This document shows positions 1-8,864 of a stretch of DNA of 64,000 nt, piece by piece; positions within the stretch are counted from its first letter, which is position 1; every line of letters starts with the position of its first letter. The notes under the pieces were generated by a model. That model made no database searches. It was given only the letters and a program-made list of their open reading frames with translations, and was not told the DNA's origin. Both the position numbers and the translations under genes were made by a program. Origin of the DNA: Bacteroidales bacterium (GTDB lineage: Bacteria > Bacteroidota > Bacteroidia > Bacteroidales > VadinHA17); assembly GCA_036261265.1 (NCBI GenBank), contig DATALC010000074.1:17393-81392 (forward strand), written 5' to 3'.

Positions 1-987
1 CCTGATATTCACGAGCGCGAGGCAATCTTCAGAGTGCATCTTCGTCCGATCAAACTCGAGAAGGATTTTGATATAAGTTTCCTAGCCAAGCAGACTCCTG
101 GGTTCTCAGGCGCCGACATTGCAAATGTCTGCAATGAGGCAGCTCTTATAGCAGCAAGGAAGAACAAGACAGTTGTTCAGAAACAGGACTTTCTTGATGC
201 TGTCGACAGGATCGTGGGAGGCCTTGAAAGGAAGAATAAGATCATATCTCCGCTTGAAAAGAAGACAATCGCTTATCATGAAGCCGGTCATGCAACAGTT
301 AGCTGGCTCCTCGAGCACGCAAGTCCGCTTCTCAAAGTTACAATTATCCCCAGGGGAAGGGCTTTGGGCGCTGCATGGTATCTTCCTGAAGAACGTCAGC
401 TCACAACCCGTGAGCAGATACTGGATGAGATGGCATACGCTCTTGGCGGTCGTGCTTCTGAAGAAGTAGTGTTCGGAAAGATTTCAACAGGAGCTCTCAA
501 TGATCTTGAAAAGGTAACGAAACAGGCTTATGCAATGGTCGCATTTTTCGGCATGAGCGACCGGATCGGTAATATAAGCTTCTACGACTCCACAGGCCAG
601 TCAGATTTTGGATTCACAAAGCCATACAGTGAAAAAACCGCAGAGCTGATCGACGAAGAAGTTAATAAGCTTGTCACTGAATCTTACGAAAGAGCAAAAC
701 AGGTTCTTACGACAAATATGAAAGGTTTGACTGAACTTGCAGAAATTCTTCTTGAAAAAGAGGTAATCTTCAGCGAAGACCTTGAAAGGATATTCGGAAA
801 AAGAAGGGCAGATGCGCTGAAAGAAGAACGTGAGTCTGAAATCAGGAACAAGGAGGAGAACGGATCATCTGAGAATATCAATGGAAATGCAGGCTCAGGC
901 CAGGTTGCTGCAGGTGAAAAGATGAAAGAAAGCGGAAGCGAAAGCGGCAGGGAACAGGAGCCTTCAGAAGAAAAAGATAAGCGCTAA
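1..987 (+). CDS. ftsH: ATP-dependent zinc metalloprotease FtsH, C-terminal part (5' end outside window)
   Basis: Frame 1 is open from base 1 (PDIHEREAIFRVHLRP...), so the listed start at 34 is internal. AAA lid segment FSGADIANVCNEAAL is followed by the M41 zinc site AYHEAGHA. E/K/S-rich tail. Confidence 0.9.
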   Translation, partial: PDIHEREAIFRVHLRPIKLEKDFDISFLAKQTPGFSGADIANVCNEAALIAARKNKTVVQKQDFLDAVDRIVGGLERKNKIISPLEKKTIAYHEAGHATVSWLLEHASPLLKVTIIPRGRALGAAWYLPEERQLTTREQILDEMAYALGGRASEEVVFGKISTGALNDLEKVTKQAYAMVAFFGMSDRIGNISFYDSTGQSDFGFTKPYSEKTAELIDEEVNKLVTESYERAKQVLTTNMKGLTELAEILLEKEVIFSEDLERIFGKRRADALKEERESEIRNKEENGSSENINGNAGSGQVAAGEKMKESGSESGREQEPSEEKDKR

Positions 988-997
988 ATCCTGAGCT

Positions 998-1840
998 TTG
1001 AATAATTTTTTCAGACGTACATTAACAGGAGCCGGAATAGTAGTTTTTATTCTTGGCGGGTTCTGGCTCCATCCACTATCTTTTTTCTTAACAGGACTTA
1101 TACTCCTTACAGGCAGCCTGTATGAATACTACAGGATAACAGGAGGTAAGGGTACTCAGCCAAGAACGGTTTCAGGTATTCTGACAGGTTCCGCAGTTTA
1201 TATAATTTCGACACTGTGCGCAGCGGGTATAATTGAAAAGAAATGGCTCCTGCTAGCGATACCAATTGTTTTCGCAATAATAATATCAGAACTGTATCGA
1301 AAAGAAGAAAACCCCTTTGACAATCTTGCCCATACATTTTTTGGAATCTTATATTGTGTTTTACCTTTTTCATTGTTCTCTTTTTCCTCGTTTGAGCATA
1401 ATGGCATTGGTTCATTGCTTAAACATGGAGATTTAATCTTTTCTCCCGGTATAGTCATAGGTTTTTTCCTTCTTGTATGGGCTAACGATACCGGCGCATA
1501 TCTTACAGGAATGAGCATCGGAAAGCATAAGCTGTTCGAAAGGATCTCGCCGAAAAAAACGTGGGAAGGATTCTGCGGGGGGCTTATAGCTGCAGTAATT
1601 GCTGCATGGTTCCTGGGTGCATGGCTGGGGGTTGTAGGACGCATATCATGGATATTCATAGCCTTAATTGTCTCAATAGTCGGAACTTATGGAGACCTCG
1701 TTGAATCAATGCTTAAAAGAAGCTATGGAATAAAGGATTCAGGTTCGATACTTCCGGGCCATGGCGGATTTCTCGACAGGTTCGACAGCACAATAATGGC
1801 ATTCCCGGTAGTATATCTTTTTATATTGCTTTTTGCATGA
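998..1840 (+). CDS. cdsA: phosphatidate cytidylyltransferase (CDP-diglyceride synthase)
   Basis: Multi-TM protein with the CdsA signature ...GDLVESMLKRSYGIKDSGSILPGHGGFLDRFDS. The only in-frame start is TTG at 998, so the start is uncertain. Confidence 0.85.
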   Translation: MNNFFRRTLTGAGIVVFILGGFWLHPLSFFLTGLILLTGSLYEYYRITGGKGTQPRTVSGILTGSAVYIISTLCAAGIIEKKWLLLAIPIVFAIIISELYRKEENPFDNLAHTFFGILYCVLPFSLFSFSSFEHNGIGSLLKHGDLIFSPGIVIGFFLLVWANDTGAYLTGMSIGKHKLFERISPKKTWEGFCGGLIAAVIAAWFLGAWLGVVGRISWIFIALIVSIVGTYGDLVESMLKRSYGIKDSGSILPGHGGFLDRFDSTIMAFPVVYLFILLFA

Positions 1841-1877
1841 TCAGCACTTTTGATTAGTTTTGTGCAAAAATTGAAGA

Positions 1878-2570
1878 ATGAACATTTTAAGAGCGGGTTA
1901 CAGGATCAGTAAAGTCAGAATACATAAGGAAGGATATAAGATTCTTGCATCAGGGTTCATTGCACTTCTTTTTATTAATCTTATAGCATTGATTTTATGG
2001 GGTGAATTTCCTGTAATTAAATGGTCATTCATCACATGCTCAACGATGCTGTATGTCTTTTTACTGTTCTTTTTCAGGCTTCCCGAAAGAAACTTTGAAG
2101 CTGATCCGGGCCTCATATATGCACCAGCCGACGGAAAAGTTGTAGTTATTGAAGAAACTATGGTGGAGGAATATTTTAATGATATGCGTCTCCAGGTTTC
2201 AATATTCATGTCTCCGTTTAATGTTCACAGTAACAGGTATCCGGTTGCCGGGAAAGTAAAATATGTTCAATATCATCCTGGTAACTACATGGTTGCATGG
2301 CATCCTAAATCATCTGAGCTGAATGAAAGAAGCACTGTTGTGATTGAAACAGGTGACGGGACTGAAATCATGGTCAGGCAGATTGCAGGCGCAGTCGCAA
2401 GACGTATAGTCACATATTCAAAGACGGATCAGGAAGTGAACCAGGGTGGAGAGCTAGGTTTCATAAAATTCGGTTCGAGAGTCGATATCTTTCTTCCTCT
2501 TGGCACAGAGGTTGAAATCCCGATCCTTCAGCATGTAAAGGCCAACAAGACAATTATAGCTAAACTCTGA
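1878..2570 (+). CDS. psd: phosphatidylserine decarboxylase proenzyme
   Basis: 230 aa with an N-terminal TM segment and the C-terminal FGSRVD (G-S self-cleavage, pyruvoyl-forming) motif. Follows cdsA. Confidence 0.85.
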   Translation: MNILRAGYRISKVRIHKEGYKILASGFIALLFINLIALILWGEFPVIKWSFITCSTMLYVFLLFFFRLPERNFEADPGLIYAPADGKVVVIEETMVEEYFNDMRLQVSIFMSPFNVHSNRYPVAGKVKYVQYHPGNYMVAWHPKSSELNERSTVVIETGDGTEIMVRQIAGAVARRIVTYSKTDQEVNQGGELGFIKFGSRVDIFLPLGTEVEIPILQHVKANKTIIAKL

Positions 2571-2586
2571 ATTTTTATTTTGTTTT

Positions 2587-3822
2587 ATGATACGTACAGA
2601 CGATAAGATTATCGATGTCACTGATGATGTTAAATGGATCGGTGTGAAAGATTATGACATCACCACATTTGATATTGTGATGACAACCGAATTCGGTACT
2701 ACTTACAACTCTTATTTTATAAATGCTGAGAAAAAGGCTATTGTTGAGGTTGCAAAGGCAAAGTTCAGCGAAACATATTTTTCAAAGCTTAGAAAGTTGA
2801 CAGATCCGGCAGAGATCAGCTATATTATAGTCGATCATACCGAACCTGATCACGTTGGAAGTCTCGGATTCTTGCTGAAGCTCGCTCCTGAAGCTATTGT
2901 TGTTGGAAGCGGAAATGCTATCAGATATCTTGCCGATATTGTTAATTTCCCATTTAAATCAATTGTAGTGAAGGATGGAGATACACTTGATCTGGGGAAT
3001 AAAACTTTGAAGTTCATTGCTGCACCTAATCTTCACTGGCCCGATTCAATTTACACTTATCTTGCAGAAGATAAGGTTCTTTTCACATGCGATTCCTTCG
3101 GGGCTCACTTCTGTTCCGAAAATATGTTCAGCAAATTTACAGACGATTATTCAGGGGCATTCAAATACTATTTTGATGTTATACTGAGACCTTTCAGTAA
3201 ATTTATGCTGAAGGCAATTGAAAAAATCCGCCCGCTTCAGATTGAGTATATATGCCCGGGTCACGGCCCAATGCACAGGGAGGAGATAAACCCGGCTATT
3301 GAAACATCAAAGAAATATTCAGAAGATTATATCCATTTAACAGATAAATGCAGAAAACGGAACATACTTATATGCTATGTTTCAGCTTATGGATTTACGA
3401 AGAAAGGCGCCGGTATAATAGAATCAGGCATTAAAGAGCATGATGGTATTGAAACAGATGTTATAGATATTGAAAATATTGCGCCAGCTGTGCTCGAATC
3501 AAAAATCATCAGCTCAGATGCTATTATAGTAGGTTCACCAACAATAAATCAGAACACGCTTTTGCCCGTTTATACTCTTTTCGCATTAATAAATCCGATA
3601 AGAGACAGGGGTAAGCTTGCCGGTGCATTTGGTTCGTTTGGCTGGAGCGGTGAAGCTTCAAAGATAATCCTTGAGAACCTGAAGATGCTTAAACTCAATG
3701 TTTTCGAGGATAATGTTCCTTTCAGGTTTTCTCCTGAATCGAGCGAGAAAAAAACCGGATTAAAGGAATATGGAAAAAGATTTGCAGCAAAGTTTCTTGA
3801 AGAAGCAGGTACAGGTAAATAG
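2587..3822 (+). CDS. flavodiiron protein (FprA-type: metallo-beta-lactamase-like domain plus flavodoxin domain)
   Basis: Diiron ligand motif DHTEPDH in the N-terminal beta-lactamase-like fold. C-terminal flavodoxin-like segment (ILICYVSAYGFTKK...GSPTINQN). Confidence 0.8.
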   Translation: MIRTDDKIIDVTDDVKWIGVKDYDITTFDIVMTTEFGTTYNSYFINAEKKAIVEVAKAKFSETYFSKLRKLTDPAEISYIIVDHTEPDHVGSLGFLLKLAPEAIVVGSGNAIRYLADIVNFPFKSIVVKDGDTLDLGNKTLKFIAAPNLHWPDSIYTYLAEDKVLFTCDSFGAHFCSENMFSKFTDDYSGAFKYYFDVILRPFSKFMLKAIEKIRPLQIEYICPGHGPMHREEINPAIETSKKYSEDYIHLTDKCRKRNILICYVSAYGFTKKGAGIIESGIKEHDGIETDVIDIENIAPAVLESKIISSDAIIVGSPTINQNTLLPVYTLFALINPIRDRGKLAGAFGSFGWSGEASKIILENLKMLKLNVFEDNVPFRFSPESSEKKTGLKEYGKRFAAKFLEEAGTGK

Positions 3823-3824
3823 AT

Positions 3825-3857
3825 AAAAAAACCCGGCCATATTGACCGGGTTTTTTT
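3825..3857. terminator. bidirectional intrinsic terminator between convergent fprA-like and hsp20 genes
   Basis: AAAAAAACCCGG-ccatattga-CCGGGTTTTTTT: GC stem (3831-3836 / 3846-3851) flanked by an A-run on one side and a T-run on the other. Confidence 0.7.
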
Positions 3858-3872
3858 CATTCAGGTTATCTC

Positions 3873-4301
3873 TTACGAAATTTTAACTTCCTTTGTTATT
3901 TTCTGTTTGTCTTCAGCCTGTTTCGGGAATGAAACAGTAAGAATTCCATCCTTGCAATTTGCCTGGATATCATCCTTGTTAACGTTTTCAGGAATATAAA
4001 AGCTTCTTGCAAATGAAGAGTAGCTGAACTCTTTCCTTGTATAACCTTCCTGCTTGTCTTCAACTTCATTCTTATGTTCTGAAGAAATTGTAAGAACATC
4101 CTCATCGATGTCGATCTTCAGATCCTTCTTGTCTATCCCGGGAACAGCAAGCTCCAGGAAATAATTCTTTTCATCTTCCCTTATATTCACAGCGGGCATG
4201 TGTGTATTCATTCTGCCTGCCGGAACAGATGAGAAGAAATCATCGTCAAACAAACTTGGAAAGAACGGTCTGAATGTGCTTCTTGTAATTGATGGTAACA
4301 T
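3873..4301 (-). CDS. Hsp20/alpha-crystallin family small heat-shock protein
   Basis: 142 aa with an alpha-crystallin domain (PAVNIREDEKNYFLELAVPGIDKKDLKIDI...GILTVSFPK). AGGAGG lies 8 nt upstream of the ATG. Confidence 0.9.
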   Translation of the reverse strand: MLPSITRSTFRPFFPSLFDDDFFSSVPAGRMNTHMPAVNIREDEKNYFLELAVPGIDKKDLKIDIDEDVLTISSEHKNEVEDKQEGYTRKEFSYSSFARSFYIPENVNKDDIQANCKDGILTVSFPKQAEDKQKITKEVKIS

Positions 4302-4359
4302 GGCTAAATCCTCCTATTTATTTAAGTTTAACATCTGTTTGTATTTTCAACAATCATTA

Positions 4360-4432
4360 GTCAAACTTTGTTCCAATTCATTTATCAGACAAAATGGCAG
4401 CATTTGTTAATATAGTAACAGACAAAATGACA
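4360..4432 (-). promoter_or_regulatory. candidate heat-shock promoter/operator region upstream of hsp20
   Basis: Minus strand reads TGCTGCCATTTTGTC (4388-4402), identical to a 15-mer upstream of grpE, with a degenerate second copy at 4421-4432. TTGGAACAAAGTTTGAC follows at 4360-4376. Confidence 0.4.
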
Positions 4433-4563
4433 TGTCCTGATTTATTTTTAAATACAATATTTATCCGTCAATTTGTATATTAAATTACTAAACAGCATGT
4501 TACAGTTATAACCTGCCTCACAGTCAGCTTCATTTCTTCATAGGAAATCACGTTTTTTTAAAG

Positions 4564-4571
4564 TAGATTTG
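4564..4571 (+). promoter_or_regulatory. Bacteroidota -7 promoter box (TAnnTTTG)
   Basis: TAGATTTG lies 17 nt upstream of the ATG at 4589. The same 14-mer AGTAGATTTGTATT recurs upstream of the gene at 9683. Confidence 0.5.
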
Positions 4572-4588
4572 TATTTAGAACTAACTGC

Positions 4589-5758
4589 ATGAATACTACC
4601 TTCAGGAACATACTGATATTTGTCGGGAGTGTTTTATTTATATTACTATTCTGGTTTTTCAGGAGTATTGTAGTCTATATACTGATTGCCGGAGTATTGT
4701 CAATAATGGGCCGGCCACTTGTTGAGCTCTTTTGCAGAATAAGGATCAGGAACTGGAGATTTCCAAGGTCACTGGCTGCGCTGTTTACGATTATTTTTAT
4801 CTGGATGCTCATCATCCTGTTCTTTAAAACATTTATTCCGTTAATCAGCCAGCAGATATCATACTTTTCATCGATTGAAAGCGAGAAGCTTGTTGCACTT
4901 ATTGATGACCCGATAAACAAGGTTGAAAACCTGTTCAGGTCACTCAATAAGGATCTCGGTGATCGTCTTTCATTAAAATCATACATAATGGATCAGGTGT
5001 CCAATGTGTTGAGTATTAATGTTATAAGAAATTATATCGGATCTGCAGTCGGAATAATCGGGAATATTGTAATCGCTGCCTTTTCAGTAACTTTTATCTC
5101 GTTCTTTTTTCTGAAGGATAACAGGTTGTTTTTTGAGTCTATCCTTATATGGGTGCCTGACAAATATGTTGAAAATGTGAACCGTGCTCTTAATTCGATA
5201 AAGAGCCTGCTAACAAGATATTTCATAGGGATAGTTATACAGAGCACATGCATAATGATCCTTATAACAATAGGAATGACTATCGTGGGAATAGAGTTTC
5301 AGCAGGCTGTCGTTATGGGCCTGATCCTCGGGATTCTCAATGTTATACCGTATGTAGGACCCTGGCTCGGGTTATTTATTGCAATCATAATGGGGGTTGC
5401 ATCACATATTAATATGGACTTTCATACAGTTGTTGTACCTCTAGTTATAAACATGATAATTGTTGAAGCAATAACTCATACAATTGATAATGTTGTATTC
5501 CAGCCTCTTATTTTTTCAAACAGCGTAAAAGCTCATCCTCTTGAAATATTCATTGTTGTGCTTGCAGCGGGTTTTGCAGCAGGAGTACCGGGTATGATAC
5601 TGGGGATTCCGGCTTATACAGTATTACGTGTGTTCGCCCGCGAGTTTTTCTATAATTTCAAGGTTGTACAAAAAGTTACATCAGGTCTCTCGAATGAAGA
5701 GATCGGCACAAAGTACATACATATCACGGATGAGATGAAGGGATCATCAGAGCAATAA
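4589..5758 (+). CDS. AI-2E family transporter (PerM-like permease)
   Basis: 389 aa with about 8 TM segments. Length and TM layout resemble the UPF0118/AI-2E family. No diagnostic motif confirmed. Confidence 0.7.
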   Translation: MNTTFRNILIFVGSVLFILLFWFFRSIVVYILIAGVLSIMGRPLVELFCRIRIRNWRFPRSLAALFTIIFIWMLIILFFKTFIPLISQQISYFSSIESEKLVALIDDPINKVENLFRSLNKDLGDRLSLKSYIMDQVSNVLSINVIRNYIGSAVGIIGNIVIAAFSVTFISFFFLKDNRLFFESILIWVPDKYVENVNRALNSIKSLLTRYFIGIVIQSTCIMILITIGMTIVGIEFQQAVVMGLILGILNVIPYVGPWLGLFIAIIMGVASHINMDFHTVVVPLVINMIIVEAITHTIDNVVFQPLIFSNSVKAHPLEIFIVVLAAGFAAGVPGMILGIPAYTVLRVFAREFFYNFKVVQKVTSGLSNEEIGTKYIHITDEMKGSSEQ

Positions 5759-5766
5759 TAATTTGT

Positions 5767-5997
5767 ATGGAATTTTTGAAATCGCGATTAACAAGCTTGT
5801 GGAGATTTTATTCTGAAGGTTTCAGGAACATGTCATGGTGGGGCAGGAAGGTATGGATAATAATAATAATCAAGCTATTCATAATTTTTGCAGTTCTGAA
5901 GTTGTTCTTTTTTCCTGATTTCCTCGGAAGCAGGTTTAAATCAGAAGAGGAAAAGAGCAACTATGTTATGGAGCAATTAATTAATCAGACAAAATAA
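5767..5997 (+). CDS. small membrane protein, DUF4492-like, immediately upstream of cydA
   Basis: 76 aa with one TM segment (KVWIIIIIKLFIIFAVLKLFFF). Ends 1 nt before cydA, the position DUF4492 occupies in Bacteroidota cyd operons. Confidence 0.6.
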   Translation: MEFLKSRLTSLWRFYSEGFRNMSWWGRKVWIIIIIKLFIIFAVLKLFFFPDFLGSRFKSEEEKSNYVMEQLINQTK

Positions 5998-5998
5998 A

Positions 5999-7564
5999 AT
6001 GATTGAGAATGTAGATCCTGCTCTCGTTGGATGGTCGCGGGGGCAATTTGCACTTACAGCCGCTTATCACTGGCTATTCGTTCCGCTTGTTCTCGGATTG
6101 TCTTTCATTCTTGCGATAATGGAGACAATCTACTATAAAACCGGAAAGGAGGAATGGAAACGGATTACGCGGTTCTGGATGACATTATTCGGGATCAATT
6201 TTGCAATAAGTGTTGCGACTGGAATAATCCTCGAATTTGAATTCGGGACAAACTGGTCAAATTATTCATGGTTCGTAGGCGATATTTTCGGTGCACCGCT
6301 TGCAATTGAAGGAATTCTCGCATTTTTCCTGGAAGCTACTTTCGTTGCAGTTATGTTCTTTGGTTGGGAAAAGGTGAGCAAAAGATTCCATTTGTTATCA
6401 ACCTGGCTTGTGGCAATCGGTGCAGGAATATCAGCAATATGGATACTCATTGCAAATGCCTGGATGCAGAACCCTGTCGGCATGGCTTTCAATCCGGAGA
6501 CAGCAAGGAATGAAATGGTTAGTTTCGGTGAAGTCGTATTTAACCCTGTAGCAATTGATAACTTTCTGCATGCAACATCATCGGGTTTTCTGCTGTCATC
6601 AATGTTCGTGCTCTGCGTAAGCGCATGGTTCCTTATTAAGTCACGCGAAAAACGGCTTGCAACAAAAAGTATACTTGTGGCCTCTGTATTCGGACTACTG
6701 TCATCGTTGATGGTTGCTTATACAGGTGATGTTTCAGCGAGGACGCTTTCACGTGTTCAACCTGTGAAGTTTTCTGCAATGGAAGCGCTTTATGACGGAA
6801 AGACAAATGCCGGTCTTACAGCTTTCGGCATCCTTAAGGATTCAGGTGAAAAAATGGGGGATGAGGATGTGAAAAGCTTTGCTTTTGAGATACATATCCC
6901 CGGGTTGTTATCTTTCATGACAGGTGGCGACAGGGACACGTATGTTCCAGGGCTCAGGGATCATATTTATGGCAATGCTGAGAAGGGAATAACACCAGTT
7001 TCCTCGAAAATGGAAAGAGGTTCAACTGCCCGCAGGCTGTTGACAGATTATCAGCAGGCAAAAAAAGCGGGCGATAAAGAAGGTATGAAAGACATCGGTT
7101 CAAGACTTTCTTCGGATACTTTCCAGGAAAATTATTTTAAATATTTCGGGTATTCATCTCTATCTAAACCGGAGGATGCAATGCCAAACGTGAGCGCTTC
7201 ATTCTATTCATTCCACCTGATGGTCATTCTTGGTTTTTTCTTTATTCTTCTTTTTGTACTTGCATTATTCTTCCTTTTCAAGGGGACGCTATTAAAAAAC
7301 CGCTGGTTCCTCTGGGTCTGCGTTTTCTCGATCCCATTGCCTTATATTGCCTCAGAGCTCGGATGGGTTGTTACAGAAATGGGCAGGCAGCCCTGGATAA
7401 TTCAGGATCTGATGTCTGTCGATTCAGGAGTCTCGCAGCTTAAGACAGGTTCCGTTATCACAACTTTCATTCTTTTTGCTTTTCTTTTTACATTATTGCT
7501 GATATCTGAAATATCAATAATGATCAAAGCTATAAGGAAAGGACCTAAAACTGAGGAGGTATAA
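5999..7564 (+). CDS. cydA: cytochrome bd ubiquinol oxidase subunit I
   Basis: GWSRGQFALTAAYHWLFVP N-terminus, long Q-loop, EMGRQPWIIQD motif. Confidence 0.95.
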   Translation: MIENVDPALVGWSRGQFALTAAYHWLFVPLVLGLSFILAIMETIYYKTGKEEWKRITRFWMTLFGINFAISVATGIILEFEFGTNWSNYSWFVGDIFGAPLAIEGILAFFLEATFVAVMFFGWEKVSKRFHLLSTWLVAIGAGISAIWILIANAWMQNPVGMAFNPETARNEMVSFGEVVFNPVAIDNFLHATSSGFLLSSMFVLCVSAWFLIKSREKRLATKSILVASVFGLLSSLMVAYTGDVSARTLSRVQPVKFSAMEALYDGKTNAGLTAFGILKDSGEKMGDEDVKSFAFEIHIPGLLSFMTGGDRDTYVPGLRDHIYGNAEKGITPVSSKMERGSTARRLLTDYQQAKKAGDKEGMKDIGSRLSSDTFQENYFKYFGYSSLSKPEDAMPNVSASFYSFHLMVILGFFFILLFVLALFFLFKGTLLKNRWFLWVCVFSIPLPYIASELGWVVTEMGRQPWIIQDLMSVDSGVSQLKTGSVITTFILFAFLFTLLLISEISIMIKAIRKGPKTEEV

Positions 7565-7566
7565 AG

Positions 7567-8697
7567 ATGACACAGTTAATATCATATATGTTTTTACAGC
7601 AGTACTGGTGGGTTATAATCGCAGCGCTTGCAGGCATACTCGTTTTTCTTATGTTCGTACAGGGCGGTCAGTCAATGATCTTTTCGCTTCCTTCAGATGA
7701 GCCGGAGAGGACTATGATTGTAAATGCGCTTGGCAGAAAATGGGAATTCACCTTCACAACTCTTGTTGTATTCGGAGGAACTTTTTTCGCCTCATTCCCG
7801 CTTTTTTATGCGACAAGCTTCGGTGGTGCATACTGGCTGTGGACTGTTATACTGTTTTGTTTTATAATTCAGGCTGTATCTTATGAATACAGGATGAAAG
7901 CAGGTAACGTTGTTGGGAAGAAGACTTTTGAGATATTTCTTTTGATAAATGGTTCAGCCGGTCCTTTCCTGATAGGTGTGGCTGTTGGTACATTCTTTAC
8001 CGGCGCTGATTTCAGCCTCGACGATATGAATAAGGTTCAGTGGCATAATACACTACGCGGCCTGGAGGCGCTGGGTAACGTAAGAAACCTTGCTCTCGGC
8101 TTTGCTGTTTTATTCCTTGCACGCGTAAATGGACTTCTCTTCCTTATGAATACGGTTGAAAGTGAAGATTTAAGAAACAGGGCATCACGGAGGATAATTA
8201 TGAATAGTATCATTTTTCTTGTTTTCTTCCTTTTCTTCATCATCACTCTTGTTCTATCCGATGGTGTGACAACAGATACAGGCACGGGATTGCTTACAGC
8301 AGAAAGTCATAAATACCTTAACAGCTTTCTTCAGATGCCTTTTGCACTTTTACCTTTTCTGGCAGGAGTAGCAGGTGTTCTTTATGGCATTGCCATTGCG
8401 GCTTTCCGCAAAAGCATAAAGGGTATCTGGTATTCAGGTGCAGGAACGTTCCTTGCTGTCATGGCCCTGTTTCTTGTTGCAGGTTTCAACGAAACAGCTT
8501 TTTATCCTTCGGTTCACGATATAAACAGCTCCCTGACTATAATGAATGCTTCGTCCAGTCAATTCACACTGAAGACAATGATGTTCGTTTCCTTCACTGT
8601 TCCGTTTATAATTGCATATATAACTTATGCATGGAATGCACTTACAAATAAAAAGATAACAGTTGACGAACTTGATAGCGCCGGGCACAAGTATTAA
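7567..8697 (+). CDS. cydB: cytochrome bd ubiquinol oxidase subunit II
   Basis: 376-aa polytopic protein starting 2 nt after cydA. GAGGAGG lies 7 nt upstream of the ATG. Confidence 0.9.
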   Translation: MTQLISYMFLQQYWWVIIAALAGILVFLMFVQGGQSMIFSLPSDEPERTMIVNALGRKWEFTFTTLVVFGGTFFASFPLFYATSFGGAYWLWTVILFCFIIQAVSYEYRMKAGNVVGKKTFEIFLLINGSAGPFLIGVAVGTFFTGADFSLDDMNKVQWHNTLRGLEALGNVRNLALGFAVLFLARVNGLLFLMNTVESEDLRNRASRRIIMNSIIFLVFFLFFIITLVLSDGVTTDTGTGLLTAESHKYLNSFLQMPFALLPFLAGVAGVLYGIAIAAFRKSIKGIWYSGAGTFLAVMALFLVAGFNETAFYPSVHDINSSLTIMNASSSQFTLKTMMFVSFTVPFIIAYITYAWNALTNKKITVDELDSAGHKY

Positions 8698-8746
8698 AAA
8701 ACCGGGGTATTCAGTATTGGAGTATAAAAACAAAAAAATTATCGGG

Positions 8747-8863
8747 ATGTATATTACAGGAATAATAATGTATCTTTTGTGGCCCGCCTTTATAGCCATT
8801 GTCTGGGCAGCTGTCAAAATTGCCCTGGATGCTTATGAAAAGAAGTTTCCCGGGGAAATGTGA
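8747..8863 (+). CDS. candidate 38-aa single-TM protein (CydX-like small subunit?)
   Basis: ATG at 8747 gives MYITGIIMYLLWPAFIAIVWAAVKIALDAYEKKFPGEM: one TM helix plus a charged tail, 49 nt after the cydB stop. The listed ORF start at 8663 overlaps cydB and is unlikely. Confidence 0.35.
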   Translation: MYITGIIMYLLWPAFIAIVWAAVKIALDAYEKKFPGEM

Positions 8864-8864
8864 T

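Noticed and set aside
8434-8817. 127-aa minus-strand ORF across the cydB 3' end
   Set aside because: It is antisense to cydB and to the candidate small ORF. It is Cys/Ile/Tyr-rich and not protein-like.
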